This document shows positions 1-11,305 of a stretch of DNA of 64,000 nt, in pieces. Source of the DNA: Tubulanus polymorphus (taxonomy: Eukaryota; Animalia; Nemertea). Numbering within the stretch: position 1 is the stretch's first letter; each line of letters opens with the position of its first letter. Where the stretch lies: positions 11,254,451 to 11,318,450 of the forward strand of contig NC_134035.1 in the NCBI RefSeq assembly GCF_964204645.1, given 5' to 3'. Below the pieces are notes generated by a model. That model searched no databases. It saw only the letters and a list, made by a program, of their open reading frames with translations, and was not told the DNA's origin. Both the position numbers and the translations under genes were made by a program.

Positions 1-684
1 TGGGTTTTGAGCTTAGATTAAAAAGCATTGATTGATTGAAGGACTAGGTTGAATTCCAGAGTACTTGGGCAGAGTATGCGAAGGCTCTATGTCTGGCTGA
101 GACTAGGTTTATATTGAGTACAGTTGGCTCACAACAGATGGTCAGAACATGGGGCTCATATAATATACAGGGTAGATAGGCTGTTGGCCGGATCAACTTA
201 TGAGCTCAGCAGAAAGAAGAAATACTTCAATACTGTGTACCAAGACCTTTGACCACTGGGTACATTGCGTTATCCAAAATAAATCCCATCATCCTAAAAT
301 TATTTAAAAGAATATTTCTACGTATAATATGATAAATATATATTTTTCTTCATATTGTAGGCTGTCGACGGCAATTACGTCGCAAAAATGAGTTGATTGA
401 TGATTGCCGATGAACAACGTTAAAGAACATTTCACTGCTGCAGATTTGCCTCCATTTCATTTCGAATATTCATTCTCATTTTACATAAATACGTATAACA
501 AGTTCAGTGCTGAAGTGCTAGAAATGGATCGTCTTAGAAGTTGAAACGGTGGTCAGATTTTGATCAATTCGACAAGAGAGGCTGGTCGAGGCATTGGGAC
601 GCTTTCAAATATTTTCAGAAATTTCGTTCAGTCATGTATGGCAGTAACTTTACCACAATTTGTAAGTCGGTAGACTATAAATAC

Positions 685-954
685 CTGGTAGATGTTTAGG
701 GAGGGAGGAACACATTTCAGTAACATTTGGTCACTTGAGAAATGTTTGTACTGTTGATTCTTCGAAGTGGATTCTTCATCAGCTTCAGCACTGAAGTCGT
801 TTTTAACATACATTGGAACCTCGTTACAAGGAAGGAACTGGGACCAGAAAATCTTGTTTGTTACAACCCGATCTATAGGTCTTTTACTGTATATTCGCGT
901 TGAAACTGGAGGTTTGCGATAACGGATACCGTCGATTGTTATAACGAGGTTCCA
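685..954 (-). CDS. Possible internal coding exon of an unidentified gene (WNLVITIDGIRYRKPP...CVPPSLNIYQ)
   Basis: 270-bp open frame bounded by ttttacag| and CAG|gtattt (phase 0-0) with protein-like composition. No family recognised. Confidence 0.4.
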
Positions 955-971
955 CTGTAAAACAAATATAA

Positions 972-1151
972 AGCCCAACGCATGCAGCGCAACAGCGAAA
1001 TAACGTAGAAAAACATTTTGCTACGAAACACGTTTTTTAGCAAATCCGAAAACGTTTGGACAACCGTTCGTTCAACATAATTTGCTGTAATACATCAAAA
1101 GATAGGAGTACATGTGTATTTCTGGTTTTGCAGTGCTGCATGCATTTGGCT
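972..1151. mobile_element. MITE with family 3-like termini
   Basis: Inverted ends agcccaacgcatgcagc / gctgcatgcatttggct. Confidence 0.65.
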
Positions 1152-1332
1152 TCATCATCTCGTAACCTCAAGTCAGCAGCGATGTGCAGTTGGCCCGATG
1201 TGTTTATATCATTCATGAGATAACTATAAAATGTATCTATATTTCATGGTGGTTGATATATCAGTATGAATTTTTAATGTATAGTACATAACAAACATCA
1301 GAGCTTATTGAGAGTAAAATAGTCTCAGATTA

Positions 1333-1497
1333 GGGGTCATTCATTTATTACGTACGCATCAAGGGAGGGGGAGGGGTCAGTGCAATTGTGTACCGTAATG
1401 CTTAATGTATATGAAAAAATGGCCGATTTTGCATACAGAGGGGGAGGGGGGGTTGAAAAATTCAAATTTTATGCGTACGTAATAAATGAATGATCCC
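1333..1497. mobile_element. PIF/Harbinger (Tourist)-like MITE, family 1
   Basis: About 27-bp TIRs ggggtcattcatttattacgtacgcat / atgcgtacgtaataaatgaatgatccc, with a TTA target-site duplication. Confidence 0.9.
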
Positions 1498-2666
1498 TTA
1501 TTTAATTGATTGTATCGTAAACTCCGCTTGCCTTGGATTTAGATAGCCAGTCTGAATAATTGGAGAAGGAAAAATCTGCCTGGGATATATGCATTATTGG
1601 AGGCCCCGTCGCTAGCGGAGTCAATGGTATTAGTGTACTGCGCTTGGATTTACCATCTATTCGTCAGTCATGACCAAGTGTATGTGCATGTTTTAAACTC
1701 TGTTGATGTACGCATTCCAGTTGAGGGCTCTTGTTTTGAATGAAAAACATAGGATTACAATTTATATGCCATTCAAAAGCGATTATAGTAATATATAAGA
1801 TGTATATTGCAATGTAAATAAATCTCTATTTAATTCCAATTTTCTTCTTTCGCTCTTTTCTAGTGGTTTTACTGTTCGCAATTGTAAACGCATTTGAATC
1901 CTGACTGATTTGGAGTCGCACGGTTATAGAAATATTTTGTGGCCATTGTTAACCCAAGCCTTCTACTTAACTATGACGTCTGATCGATGACCCATTTGGG
2001 GATTGTCACCTTGAATTTTTGGCAGTCCCCTTGTTAAATAGAGAAAGATCTATCAACGTCCGAAGGCCTTCGGAACGGGGAAAATTACCGACAATTACCG
2101 CGACAAAACGAGAAAGTCATTTTATCGTGCGATGAAATAGATTAACTCGTTTTATCGCGCTATTTACGTTTATCGATGATAATTTAGGTGGTAAATGGTA
2201 AAAAGGGAAAAATCTTTATGCTTAGCCGGACTCGAACCTGCGACCTCTCGCATGCCTGACTTCGTCAGTTCGGGCGAACTCTTTTATCAGATCGGAGAAT
2301 CCGTTTGCCTCCAATCGTACTCTTTTATTGGTCACGTGACTTTTTGGAGTCTCCGAAACCTCCTTTCTGTCGAAGTGGTGTGTTTTGGAATTTGTGTGGA
2401 GCCAACCGGAGATTTCGGACGGAGACTTCGGAGGTCATAAAAGAGTACGCCCTTCGTTCCGTCAGTGTGGTGACCGGTCAGTGATGGTGGCGACCAATCA
2501 CGTGTGGTCCCGGCGTGTGTTGACTACTCCACTAATAATACCCACTTATCGTTCTCAACCATACTTATGACTAACTGGAAATGTCTCATATTTAAGGGCA
2601 AAAAAAGTAAAGCATAAATATAGATTTGAAAAAAGTTGCATTAAATTAAATGAATCAGTCTTGAAA

Positions 2667-2840
2667 TCAATGGTTATTTGACTGAGTTTCTATACAGCGG
2701 ATTTTCATACAGAAATATTCACGAATTTCTCGTCCCTGAAAGATATATGTAGAAATTTACCACAAAGTTACAAACATAGAATTGTGCAAAAATGTCATAT
2801 AGAAAACCTCTCTGTTCCGGTGAAACTGGTAAAAATGCTG
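2667..2840 (-). pseudogene. 3' fragment (TM7/C-tail) of a paralogous GPCR, frameshifted
   Basis: Translates AFLPVSPEQRGFLYDIFAQFYVCNFVVNFYIYL/GREIREYFCMKIRCIETQSNNH*. It shares cggattttcatacagaaatattcacgaatttctcgtccc exactly with 4039-4077 and has a 2-nt deletion relative to the long copy. Confidence 0.85.
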
Positions 2841-3382
2841 AATAAAGGATGTGCAGGGGTGTCCAGACCGTACAGTGCTGCCGCTATGCTCATCGTTAGC
2901 GGGATTTTCATACACTAACTAAAGTCAACTCTGGCAATCGACGTGCTGTCCAGTTATACTCCGTGACCTTAGCTTGCCAGAGTTGACTAATGTTAGTGTA
3001 TAAAATCCCGCTAACGATGAGCGTAGAGACAGCACCGTACGGTAAAATGTTGATATCTTAACAAAAGTAATTACTGATAACTGATTAAGGACACCCCTGA
3101 CATCCTCTATATATTCAGCATCAGGACCACTCTGAATCAGCATCAGTAATTACTGGGTTCGAACCCGGGACACCCCTGTACATCCTCCATTCAGCATCAG
3201 GACCACTCTGAATCAGTATCAGTAATTACTGGGTTTGAACCTGGGACACCCCTGTACATTCTCTATTCAGCATCAGGACCACTCTGAATCAGTATCAGCA
3301 ATTACTGGGTTTGAACGAGTGGCCCTGATGCTTAATGGAGGATGTACCAGGGTGTCCCGGGTTCGAACCCAGTAATTACTGA
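2839..3382. repeat. Compound foldback: about 70-bp-arm inverted repeat (2868-2937 / 2974-3042) plus about 75-bp tandem units (about 3089-3316) with inverted flanking copies
   Basis: gctcatcgttagcgggatttt / aaaatcccgctaacgatgagc arms; repeated ggacacccctgtacatc..cagcatcaggaccactctgaatcag..agtaattactgggttcgaacc units. Confidence 0.8.
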
Positions 3383-4016
3383 GGAGTTTGTGACGCTTGT
3401 GGTAACGTATCTGGTTGCCAATTGAATTTGCTCAAGCTATCGAAGCGTCCCGAAATCAATTTTTTATAGCGTACTGGAGATGGATTTCTTATTAAATATT
3501 TTTGTGGAGTTCTTTAGCTGTGAAAATATCTATAATGAAGCGCATGAACTACTAATATACTAAACTACATATAACAATTTCGAATTTTACCGGTAGAATG
3601 GATCTGATGAATACCACGTACATTTTTGATGAAAGAATTAGCAAAACTTTTATTTTAGATTTATCGACTCAATATATTTGCTTATTGTGTTATGAATTAG
3701 AGCCTCGAAGAAGTTATGTAGTTACTAAAATCAATATCATTCTTACTGTTACTGCCATATTCAGGTACACAAAAATAGATCTGAACAAATTTGTTCACTG
3801 GTCTTCAGGCTGGATTCCGAGAATCGGTAGACAAATACTAAACTACTCAAAACCAATTGAGCTTTTGGTACCAAAGGTTCGTCCGTTTGGGATGAAATGT
3901 CATAATTTTAACATCATTCTTAACGCGTCTTCTAAAAACAGGTGTATATAGATCCATTGACATTTTTCATCGACCATTTTCTTGAGTTTATATGTCGGAT
4001 AAAGTTGAATCAATGC

Positions 4017-4967
4017 TTATTTCATTGAATTCCTACAACGGATTTTCATACAGAAATATTCACGAATTTCTCGTCCCAACAAAAGATATATGTAAAAATT
4101 TATGACATAGTTAAGCATTTGAAACTGAATGAAAATATCATATATAAAACTTCTCAGCTCCAATGATATTGGCAAATATGTAGTAATAGTGGTTGGAAGT
4201 GCAAATATTGCAAATGCGAGTTAAACTGTTACTAGCATTATTGTTGTACGTTTTGATTTTGTAGTTTTCTGATCGGACGAAACCATTTTTGAACCTCTGA
4301 ATAACTGAAATATTATTACAGCATTTGATGTAATGATCAATGTTAACGGTAGAATGACATCATAGATGAGAGTTATGGTGAAAAGTCTTATTTGGTCAAA
4401 TAATTTATAGTAACATCCGAAAAACTTGTTGGAAAAATATATCGACAAAACAGGTGTGATTAATATAACCAGTAGATTCATCGCAGTGATTATCAGTATA
4501 ACAAATCTAGCGAATCTCGGTGTACATATCAAACGAGATGTGAACGGGAAGAGCACAACTGCCGTACGTTCTAGAGATATTGCTACTATTAACCACGAAC
4601 TTGTGCCGACAGCAATCCCCATTACACATTCATATATTTGACAACTGATCACTGAATTCATCAAGAATATAGGACCACCTTTAACGCGCAAGAGAACAAA
4701 CTGTAAAACAGGCATCAGTGTAAAATTGAAACAGAACGTGAAATCACTGACTGACAAAATGATAAGATAGTTAGCGTAAGATAAACTGCGGAATCTGCGA
4801 CTTATCATTATCAGGAAAGTAGCTGAATTTCCAAACCCTCCAAACACGAAGAAGAAAGGCAGCATGACCAGTGACACAGTACGGTAGATTCCAGACCTGT
4901 TAGCGACAGACATAAGAACAATATAACTGCTATAAGTTCGACCGATTTGCATTCGAGTAGAATTCAT
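4017..4967 (-). pseudogene. Intronless rhodopsin-family (class A) peptide-receptor-like GPCR with one in-frame stop (TAA 4221-4223) in TM6
   Basis: TM1 GGFGN, TM2 LSVSD, TM3 C..ISLERT and TM5 ILPLTLIITSN are present. The same frame continues past the stop as LAFAIFALPT..FQMLNYVINFYIYLLLGREIREYF (TM6/TM7/helix 8) to TAA at 4017-4019. Confidence 0.88.
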
Positions 4968-5548
4968 GATTCATCAGCATTAATTGAGAGTGTACCAACT
5001 GTCGTGAATGTCAGATAGTACTGGACTGACTGACAGTGAGATTGTACTCATCCACTGATCGAGAGTGCACTACTGGCTGTTTGAGAATGTACTGGAACTG
5101 ACCATGACATCTTTTGTATTAGAAAAATCGAACTAACTTTAATATAAACATAAAAAAATCATTAAAGACCTTATTACAGCTACAATTCATTTGTGATATC
5201 TATTGTTAAAAGTGAATAGAAAATCAATGCTCAGATATCAAACACAATTTACTCAGATTTTGCGAATTTTTCATTGTGTAATAAATCTAACTAAATTGAA
5301 TATCAATATTCGTTACCTACAAGAATTCGTTGTAAATGGTGAAGTTATAGTAAAACGGGTTGGAAAATATCTACGGTATCAGTTCTATACAGGAAAACGC
5401 ATGGTAGAAGGAGAGTAGTAAATCAGTGCATGACCTTGAACCTTGAAAATCTAAGTGCCCAGTGAGTTCGCCTCACGTAAAACATATTTTGATATTTTGG
5501 GCAAAGATACACATTTAATTTTCTTCCTCAAATTTTTAGGGACACCAA

Positions 5549-6943
5549 CAGGGGCATAGCCACCTGTGCGACAACTGCGACATAATGTCGCACCAATAAT
5601 TGAAAACCCCGTTATGCTAAAACGTCAAGTTGTTGAAGTTGTCAGTGGTGCAAAAGTATTTCATTCGGAGGCGTTTCCGCCCGACTCCAGCGAGTTTTGT
5701 GATTTCAACAGTATCACATCTGGACCATGCACCTGATCTCACAGTATCAAAGTTGCCGAATTCAGCAAACCTTTTTCATATTACTTTAGAGCAACTTCTG
5801 GTTACATTTCAATGATTCTGTAGGTGTTTTATACATTTTAAAAATTGACCAAAATAAAGGATTTGACCAAGAAAATTCTGCTGAAATGCCGTAAGATGGA
5901 AACCGAGAAAATCGAGAGAGTATTGATTGTACAATAAGCTAACATCAGTTCTGCTATTTCTTTATCAATAAGTCAGTGGCCAGTGGCAGATCCGGCCTAC
6001 CACTAGTGTATTGAGGGGTACTCAGTTTTGCCTTATATTTTTCTAGTTCGTGATTTTGACAGGCTCTTGTAGTAACATGAATGTTTTATTCCGGGCAAGA
6101 ATTCTGGAAGTAGTATAAAATTGGTAAATTTGAATCTAAGCGAAAATAGTTATCTTCTAGGGGATAGACGGTCATGTTTTGACTAATGGTTTTTCGATGT
6201 CTATTTGCTATTGTTCAGTAGGAATTCACAAACGGGCACGTATTGGCTTAATGATTATGTAATGTTTATTTGCTTTTGTTACTGGTTCAGTTTTTGTCTC
6301 GGATTAATAAGAAATATTTTGGATTTAGTTTTCAAGACAATAGTAAAGATCCTAAGGGATTAGTCAAGTGTCAACGTCTACGTTTGGAAACCGAGACGAC
6401 TCCGGGCTTGTTTCTTAACCAGGTTGCTAAGAACATTAATTCTTGGGGGCCTGGTGGGCGAATCAGGTCCCGAGGTTGGTCGTCGGCCCTCCCCAAATGT
6501 GGTGGCGTTGGTCACGAGAATAGTTCCTTGGAAACCAAATTTTGAAGGTATAAAAATAAGATACATAGCTGAACTAGTCGGAGAGTACCCGGGAGAGCAG
6601 CCGGGAGAACAACGGGGAAGAACACACTCAAGAAATTAGGAAACACAGATTTGTAAAAGGTGTCGATATACGCACGAGTCTAATAGAATAGATGTGAGTA
6701 TCTAGATTTCGGAATATATATACATGAGTTGTTTATTTATTTTTGGTCTCGGGTCAAAATTCAATTTGTGTCGTCGTGCGGAGTTGAGGAAGGACACGCT
6801 CTCCCACGATATTTCGGTTTTTCTTCGGGTCACATAACAATACCTACGAGCAATTATATAACAGATAAGTGCTCGTATGATATACGCGCCTTCGGCGCTC
6901 CGGGTTGTCGCACCGATGAATTTTAGGTGGCTATACGCCCCTG
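5549..6943. mobile_element. About 1.4-kb non-autonomous DNA transposon (CAGGGGC termini, hAT-like), 5-bp TSD
   Basis: Imperfect TIRs caggggcatagccacct / aggtggctatacgcccctg, flanked on both sides by ACCAA. No transposase ORF. Confidence 0.65.
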
Positions 6944-7692
6944 ACCAATTACTGTGAAAATAGAGGGTTCCACTTGTGGCAGTGAGGATCCACCGTGTGT
7001 CGCTAGTGTGCAGTAGGACATCAACTACTGCGGCAATCGATTCTTGTTGCTCATAAATTAATACTCATATAGATCGCCGAGTGTTGATTAATTGCAGAAG
7101 TTTTTATCTTAAAATGATTTGAGCAATAATTGATATGTCAGTGAAAGTGCTTACGTTGCACAGTTGATAATTTGACGAAAAAAGTTTTTTTAAACACCTT
7201 TTTTAAAGCGTTGTGGATGACCGACAAACAATTTTCGATGTCATGAAATAGGTCATAACCCCATTAGGACCGGGCGCTACATGACATAGATAGATTTGGA
7301 AGTCTATTAGAAGCCTTGTTTATGGAAGCCTTGTTTATGTTTTAAGTAAATTGGTTTTGCCGTAACCTTTGGAATTGCTAGCATCACCATCGGGCCCGCA
7401 TCCGGTCACCTGTTTAAACCACCTATTTTACATCGTCACGGGCCCCTGGGACCCTGTAGTGCCTAAAAACCCCAAAATACGATTTCGTCAATTTCGTCAA
7501 TTCGTCACTCGTCAATCGAACTTCACGAACTTTTCGTGTCGACCCTCTATGTAAATATTTATAACTGGCGTATTTTGCATATATATATAAATAAATCTGC
7601 AAGCGACAGAAAAATTTAAGTTCCACGTTTTGATTAAAATCACGCATTAAGCATATTCTAAATCCGTCACTAATATCCAACAATATTCACCA

Positions 7693-7792
7693 AGTTCCAC
7701 AGTTGTGAGTTAGAGTTAACTCTTTTGAGTTGAAGTTAGTTCATTTTCAATGAGTTAACTCAGAGTTAAATCTTAACTCGGAACTGTGGAAC
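7693..7792. mobile_element. Short MITE with gagttaactc subrepeats
   Basis: agttccacagtt..gagtta / taactc..aactgtggaact inverted ends. Degenerate relative at about 35676-35760. Confidence 0.65.
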
Positions 7793-7831
7793 TGGACCAT
7801 GGTGCATAATCTATAAATCCGATAGAAGCGG

Positions 7832-8302
7832 TTGGATGACTGGGCAACTGGATGACTGGGCGACTGCATGACTGGGTGACTGGGCGACTGGGCGACTGGA
7901 TGACTGTATGACTGGACCACTGGGTGACTGGGCCACTGGGTGACTGGGTGACTGGATGACTGGGTGACTGGGCCACTGGATGCCTGGGCGACTAGATGAC
8001 TGGATGACTGGGTGACTGGGCCACTGGATGCCTGGACGACTAGATGACTGGATGACTGGGTGACTGGGCCACTGGATGCCTGGGCGACTAGATGACTGGA
8101 TGACTGGGTGACTGGGCCACTGGATGCCTGGACGACTAGATGACTGGATGACTAGATGACTGGGCCACTGGATGCCTGGACGACTAGATGACTGGATGAC
8201 TGGGTGACTGGGCCACTGGATGCCTGGGCGACTAGATGACTGGGCCACTGGATGCCTGGGCGACTAGATGACTGGGCCACTGGATGCCTGGACGACTAGA
8301 TG
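7832..8302. repeat. Minisatellite of an 8-bp gactgg-type monomer with a 48-bp higher-order unit
   Basis: Repeats of gactgggt gactgggc cactggat gcctgg(g/a)c gactagat gactggat. Confidence 0.95.
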
Positions 8303-8389
8303 ATATAATCCGGTCTGGTGCTGGATATAATCCAGAATTTGGAAGATCCATTGTTAAAGAAATAAAGCGTCGAGCAAAATATTCAAGTT

Positions 8390-9130
8390 ACATTTAAACA
8401 TTTTAACATTTAAATCATCTTAATTCCTGAATGAATTGAAATTCAATATTACAGAAATAAACTAAGCGAGAGTACGTTAAACAATGTTCGCCATTCGTGT
8501 AATATATAATTTTGATACAACACCGACGTTACCAACAAAAGTCGGAGCTTGGATACTGAACGCAATCTCGAGAGAAGTAGTTGTGGATATGTTAGCGTTT
8601 AGATTATTCCAGAAAGAAGGCCCAGCTATCATAATAGCTTTGAACATGGCTGTGGACTTAGACACCTTACTAAACATTCGCTAGCTTTCGATGTACAATT
8701 TACTGTGTGGCGATTGTGTACGTTTTTTCTTAAGTCAGATTTTATAAGTCGGAAATTCGCTTATTTCGTAGAAATTTTCTTGGTCCCAAAATGATAAAAT
8801 CACTCACCGAACGTCGGAGGGCTATTTTCTCCCCATTGCAGTTTGATTTCTCCCCTCTTCCGAATTCTGTTACTGGCTTGAAATCGACGGACGATACAAG
8901 CGGTTTGTGTATTAGAATAGAAAAATGAATCCGAAAGGGATTGCACTCCCGAGGCATAATCTATTTAATTCAAGGTTGACCAAATTTTGTTTTTTGCAAC
9001 ATTCTTGGGCATAGTCATCTGCAAGCAAAAGTGATTTGATTAAGGGAATTACATCAACACAGTCGTGAATAAAAATATAAAACCGTAGAGGGCCCAATAT
9101 TGAGCCTTGTGGTATACATTGCAATGTATT
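8390..9130 (-). mobile_element. Degenerate 3' fragment of a CR1/L2-like non-LTR retrotransposon (reverse transcriptase end)
   Basis: IPQGSILGPLRFYIFIHD...LLLADD corresponds to the RT PQGSxLGP and YADD motifs. The downstream IAGPSFWNNL motif is present. Frameshifted. Confidence 0.8.
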
Positions 9131-9661
9131 TGTACTAAAATAATACGATTTGTATTTGAAGATTTGAGCACCCCTAAATTATGGAAGACCTCAGACGACA
9201 TACGTATGAGATATAAGATATACAACATACAACTGCCTCTAAATCTATCTTTTCTATCTGAAAAAGATCGATTTACATTATAGTCTTTATCGCCTGCTGG
9301 CACATACTCAAAACTTGGAATTATCATTTTTTTACATATTATCATTTATATTGCAAGGTTTAAATCCGTCACTAATAACCGACCATATGTTGCTTTAAAA
9401 ATAATCGGCGAGCTCTGCGAAACTGCATTCTCGTGTAGCATCGCAGATACGTAGGTAGGTTTCGACTGGTCAATAACGACCGATTCGGGAATTCTCATCT
9501 GCTGCTTTATCTCTTCACCTGATAAAGAAGCGGCCGGTAGATAGTTTGTAATCCGTAATTGCTATTACTAAACGGGAATAGATCAAATGAAAACCTGTCT
9601 CAGATCGCGCACGTTAATATCTAACTATTTCCTTTTAGCAGACGATACTTGAAGCTCGAAG

Positions 9662-10558
9662 ATGGACGAATCAAAATACAGCGACAGTTTCCGAACATTT
9701 CGTCTAAATCACAGCGAAGAAAATAATTTCGGACCGAAGAGATTAGGTGAAGCAGTTCGTGCTGTCCGTCAGGCTGTTAGCGGCAAACTGACGACACCGG
9801 ACGGCAGGCGTAGAGGTTTGAGATTGTTAGTAGTCGGTCCGGCTCACGGATATTTGTTAGAAGACACGTTGTCTGAAGTCGGTAATGAAGTGAGTTTCGA
9901 ACGCATGGACTGCGTTGAGCCAAACGAAGTTTTGGCGCGGGAGCTGGAAACTCGAATGAATACACTCGCCAGTAAGTACGGCTTCGAGTCCAATGTGCAC
10001 ACACGTAAATTCACTTACGAGGAGGCGCCTACTTTCTTACCAAACGACTTCTACGATTTGATCATTTTTTCGCACGTGCTCTATTTCTTGGACGATCCAG
10101 CAGAATGTTTGGAAGTGTCGCTCTGTAAGTTAGCGAATGAGTGTGGACGAGTGTTCCTGAGTTCAACGAAGAATGAACAGTGTTTCAAGATGTGTCAAGA
10201 AATTCAAGCTCTCGCTGGTTTTTCATCCACTCCCTACGTCCATATTGACATAGATGAAATCCTTCGCGCGAGAGCGGCTAAGATAACTTTGGTTTCGCGC
10301 TCCACCGATGAAGCCGCAATTCTGATGCACCTAGCCCTGAAACCGGCCCGATTGTGTATCAACGAACAGGACGCGGCGATTCGTAAAATGAGCGACGAAG
10401 TACCGACGTTTATAGCGGGTCGAGATTTAGATACTTTACTGGAAACATCGCGCGCACAAGTTCAGGATATCATCCGTAAATATGTCGTCTACAGTTACGG
10501 GTTTCCGATGTTGCCTATGACACTGGAAAAGTTCATACTGGCCAGAAACGTCAGATGA
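9662..10558 (+). CDS. Class I SAM-dependent methyltransferase, histamine N-methyltransferase-like, single coding exon
   Basis: 298-aa ORF with motif I-like LRLLVVGPAHG, post-I DCVEPN and motif II YDLIIFSHVLYFLDDP. A splice acceptor (ccttttagcag) lies just upstream of the ATG and AATAAA is at 10628. Confidence 0.85.
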   Translation: MDESKYSDSFRTFRLNHSEENNFGPKRLGEAVRAVRQAVSGKLTTPDGRRRGLRLLVVGPAHGYLLEDTLSEVGNEVSFERMDCVEPNEVLARELETRMNTLASKYGFESNVHTRKFTYEEAPTFLPNDFYDLIIFSHVLYFLDDPAECLEVSLCKLANECGRVFLSSTKNEQCFKMCQEIQALAGFSSTPYVHIDIDEILRARAAKITLVSRSTDEAAILMHLALKPARLCINEQDAAIRKMSDEVPTFIAGRDLDTLLETSRAQVQDIIRKYVVYSYGFPMLPMTLEKFILARNVR

Positions 10559-10627
10559 CCATGATATGACTATAAGTGAATTCCCAAGATTCGGAGCCGA
10601 GTAAAACCATCATAGAACTTTATATCA

Positions 10628-10633
10628 AATAAA
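10628..10633 (+). promoter_or_regulatory. Candidate polyadenylation signal of the methyltransferase gene
   Basis: AATAAA 70 bp after the stop codon. Confidence 0.45.
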
Positions 10634-11231
10634 AGCAGATCTCATGTAATCCCAGTGAAACTCGCTGCTGAAGTCACGATACGGTAGTTGGTATGATTAT
10701 CATGTTTATTTTTGTTCAATTTATTCTATTTCATCCTATTCAACAATCTATTACATATATTATACTAGTTTTACTCCTCAGTAGAAAAGGGAAACTGTTT
10801 AGGTGGTGGCTTCTATACAAATAATATACAATACAAATATGTTACGTGGCAATAAAAAGATGGCTAGAATAGAACATGGGGGTCTTGTTTTTTATTTAAA
10901 ATATTGTTTATCTCTCTTCTAATTCTATTGTTGAAATAAATGTATTGATTTGAAGTAGGAAACGTTCCTATAAACGCCCGAGCGACGCGATTCGGAATAA
11001 CGCATCTGTTCCCCATAACATCCGTTTACTAATATTAATTTTTAAGCGAATGCAAAACCGGGTTTATATAAATTCAGATCCGTTGATGCGACGCGTATCT
11101 GAGTTTCATAAAATGTTAATCTTCTTTTCAGCTGTTTTCAGTTACACGTACAGTAACGATTTACAACTCAACTGTTACATTATTCAGCGTATGCAAAACC
11201 TATTGCGTTCTACTAAACTCATCCTCCCCCG

Positions 11232-11305
11232 GCAGGGATTCGAACCTGATGGCATCGAGATTGCCACGGCTGAGTGTAGCGATGCCATCAGGTTCGAGTC
11301 CCTGC
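11232..11305. repeat. 26-bp-arm hairpin containing a tRNA/SINE B-box-like motif
   Basis: gcagggattcgaacctgatggcatcg / cgatgccatcaggttcgagtccctgc (one mismatch). Confidence 0.8.

Noticed and set aside
2221-2260. tRNA gene candidate (also 57682-57706)
   Set aside because: Only a B-box/T-arm-like remnant with no full cloverleaf; most likely SINE debris.
7773-8248. Repetitive ORFs (QSSSRPGIQWPSHPVI)n, and a superficial CRISPR-like look
   Set aside because: Minisatellite without unique spacers, in eukaryotic DNA, with no cas genes.
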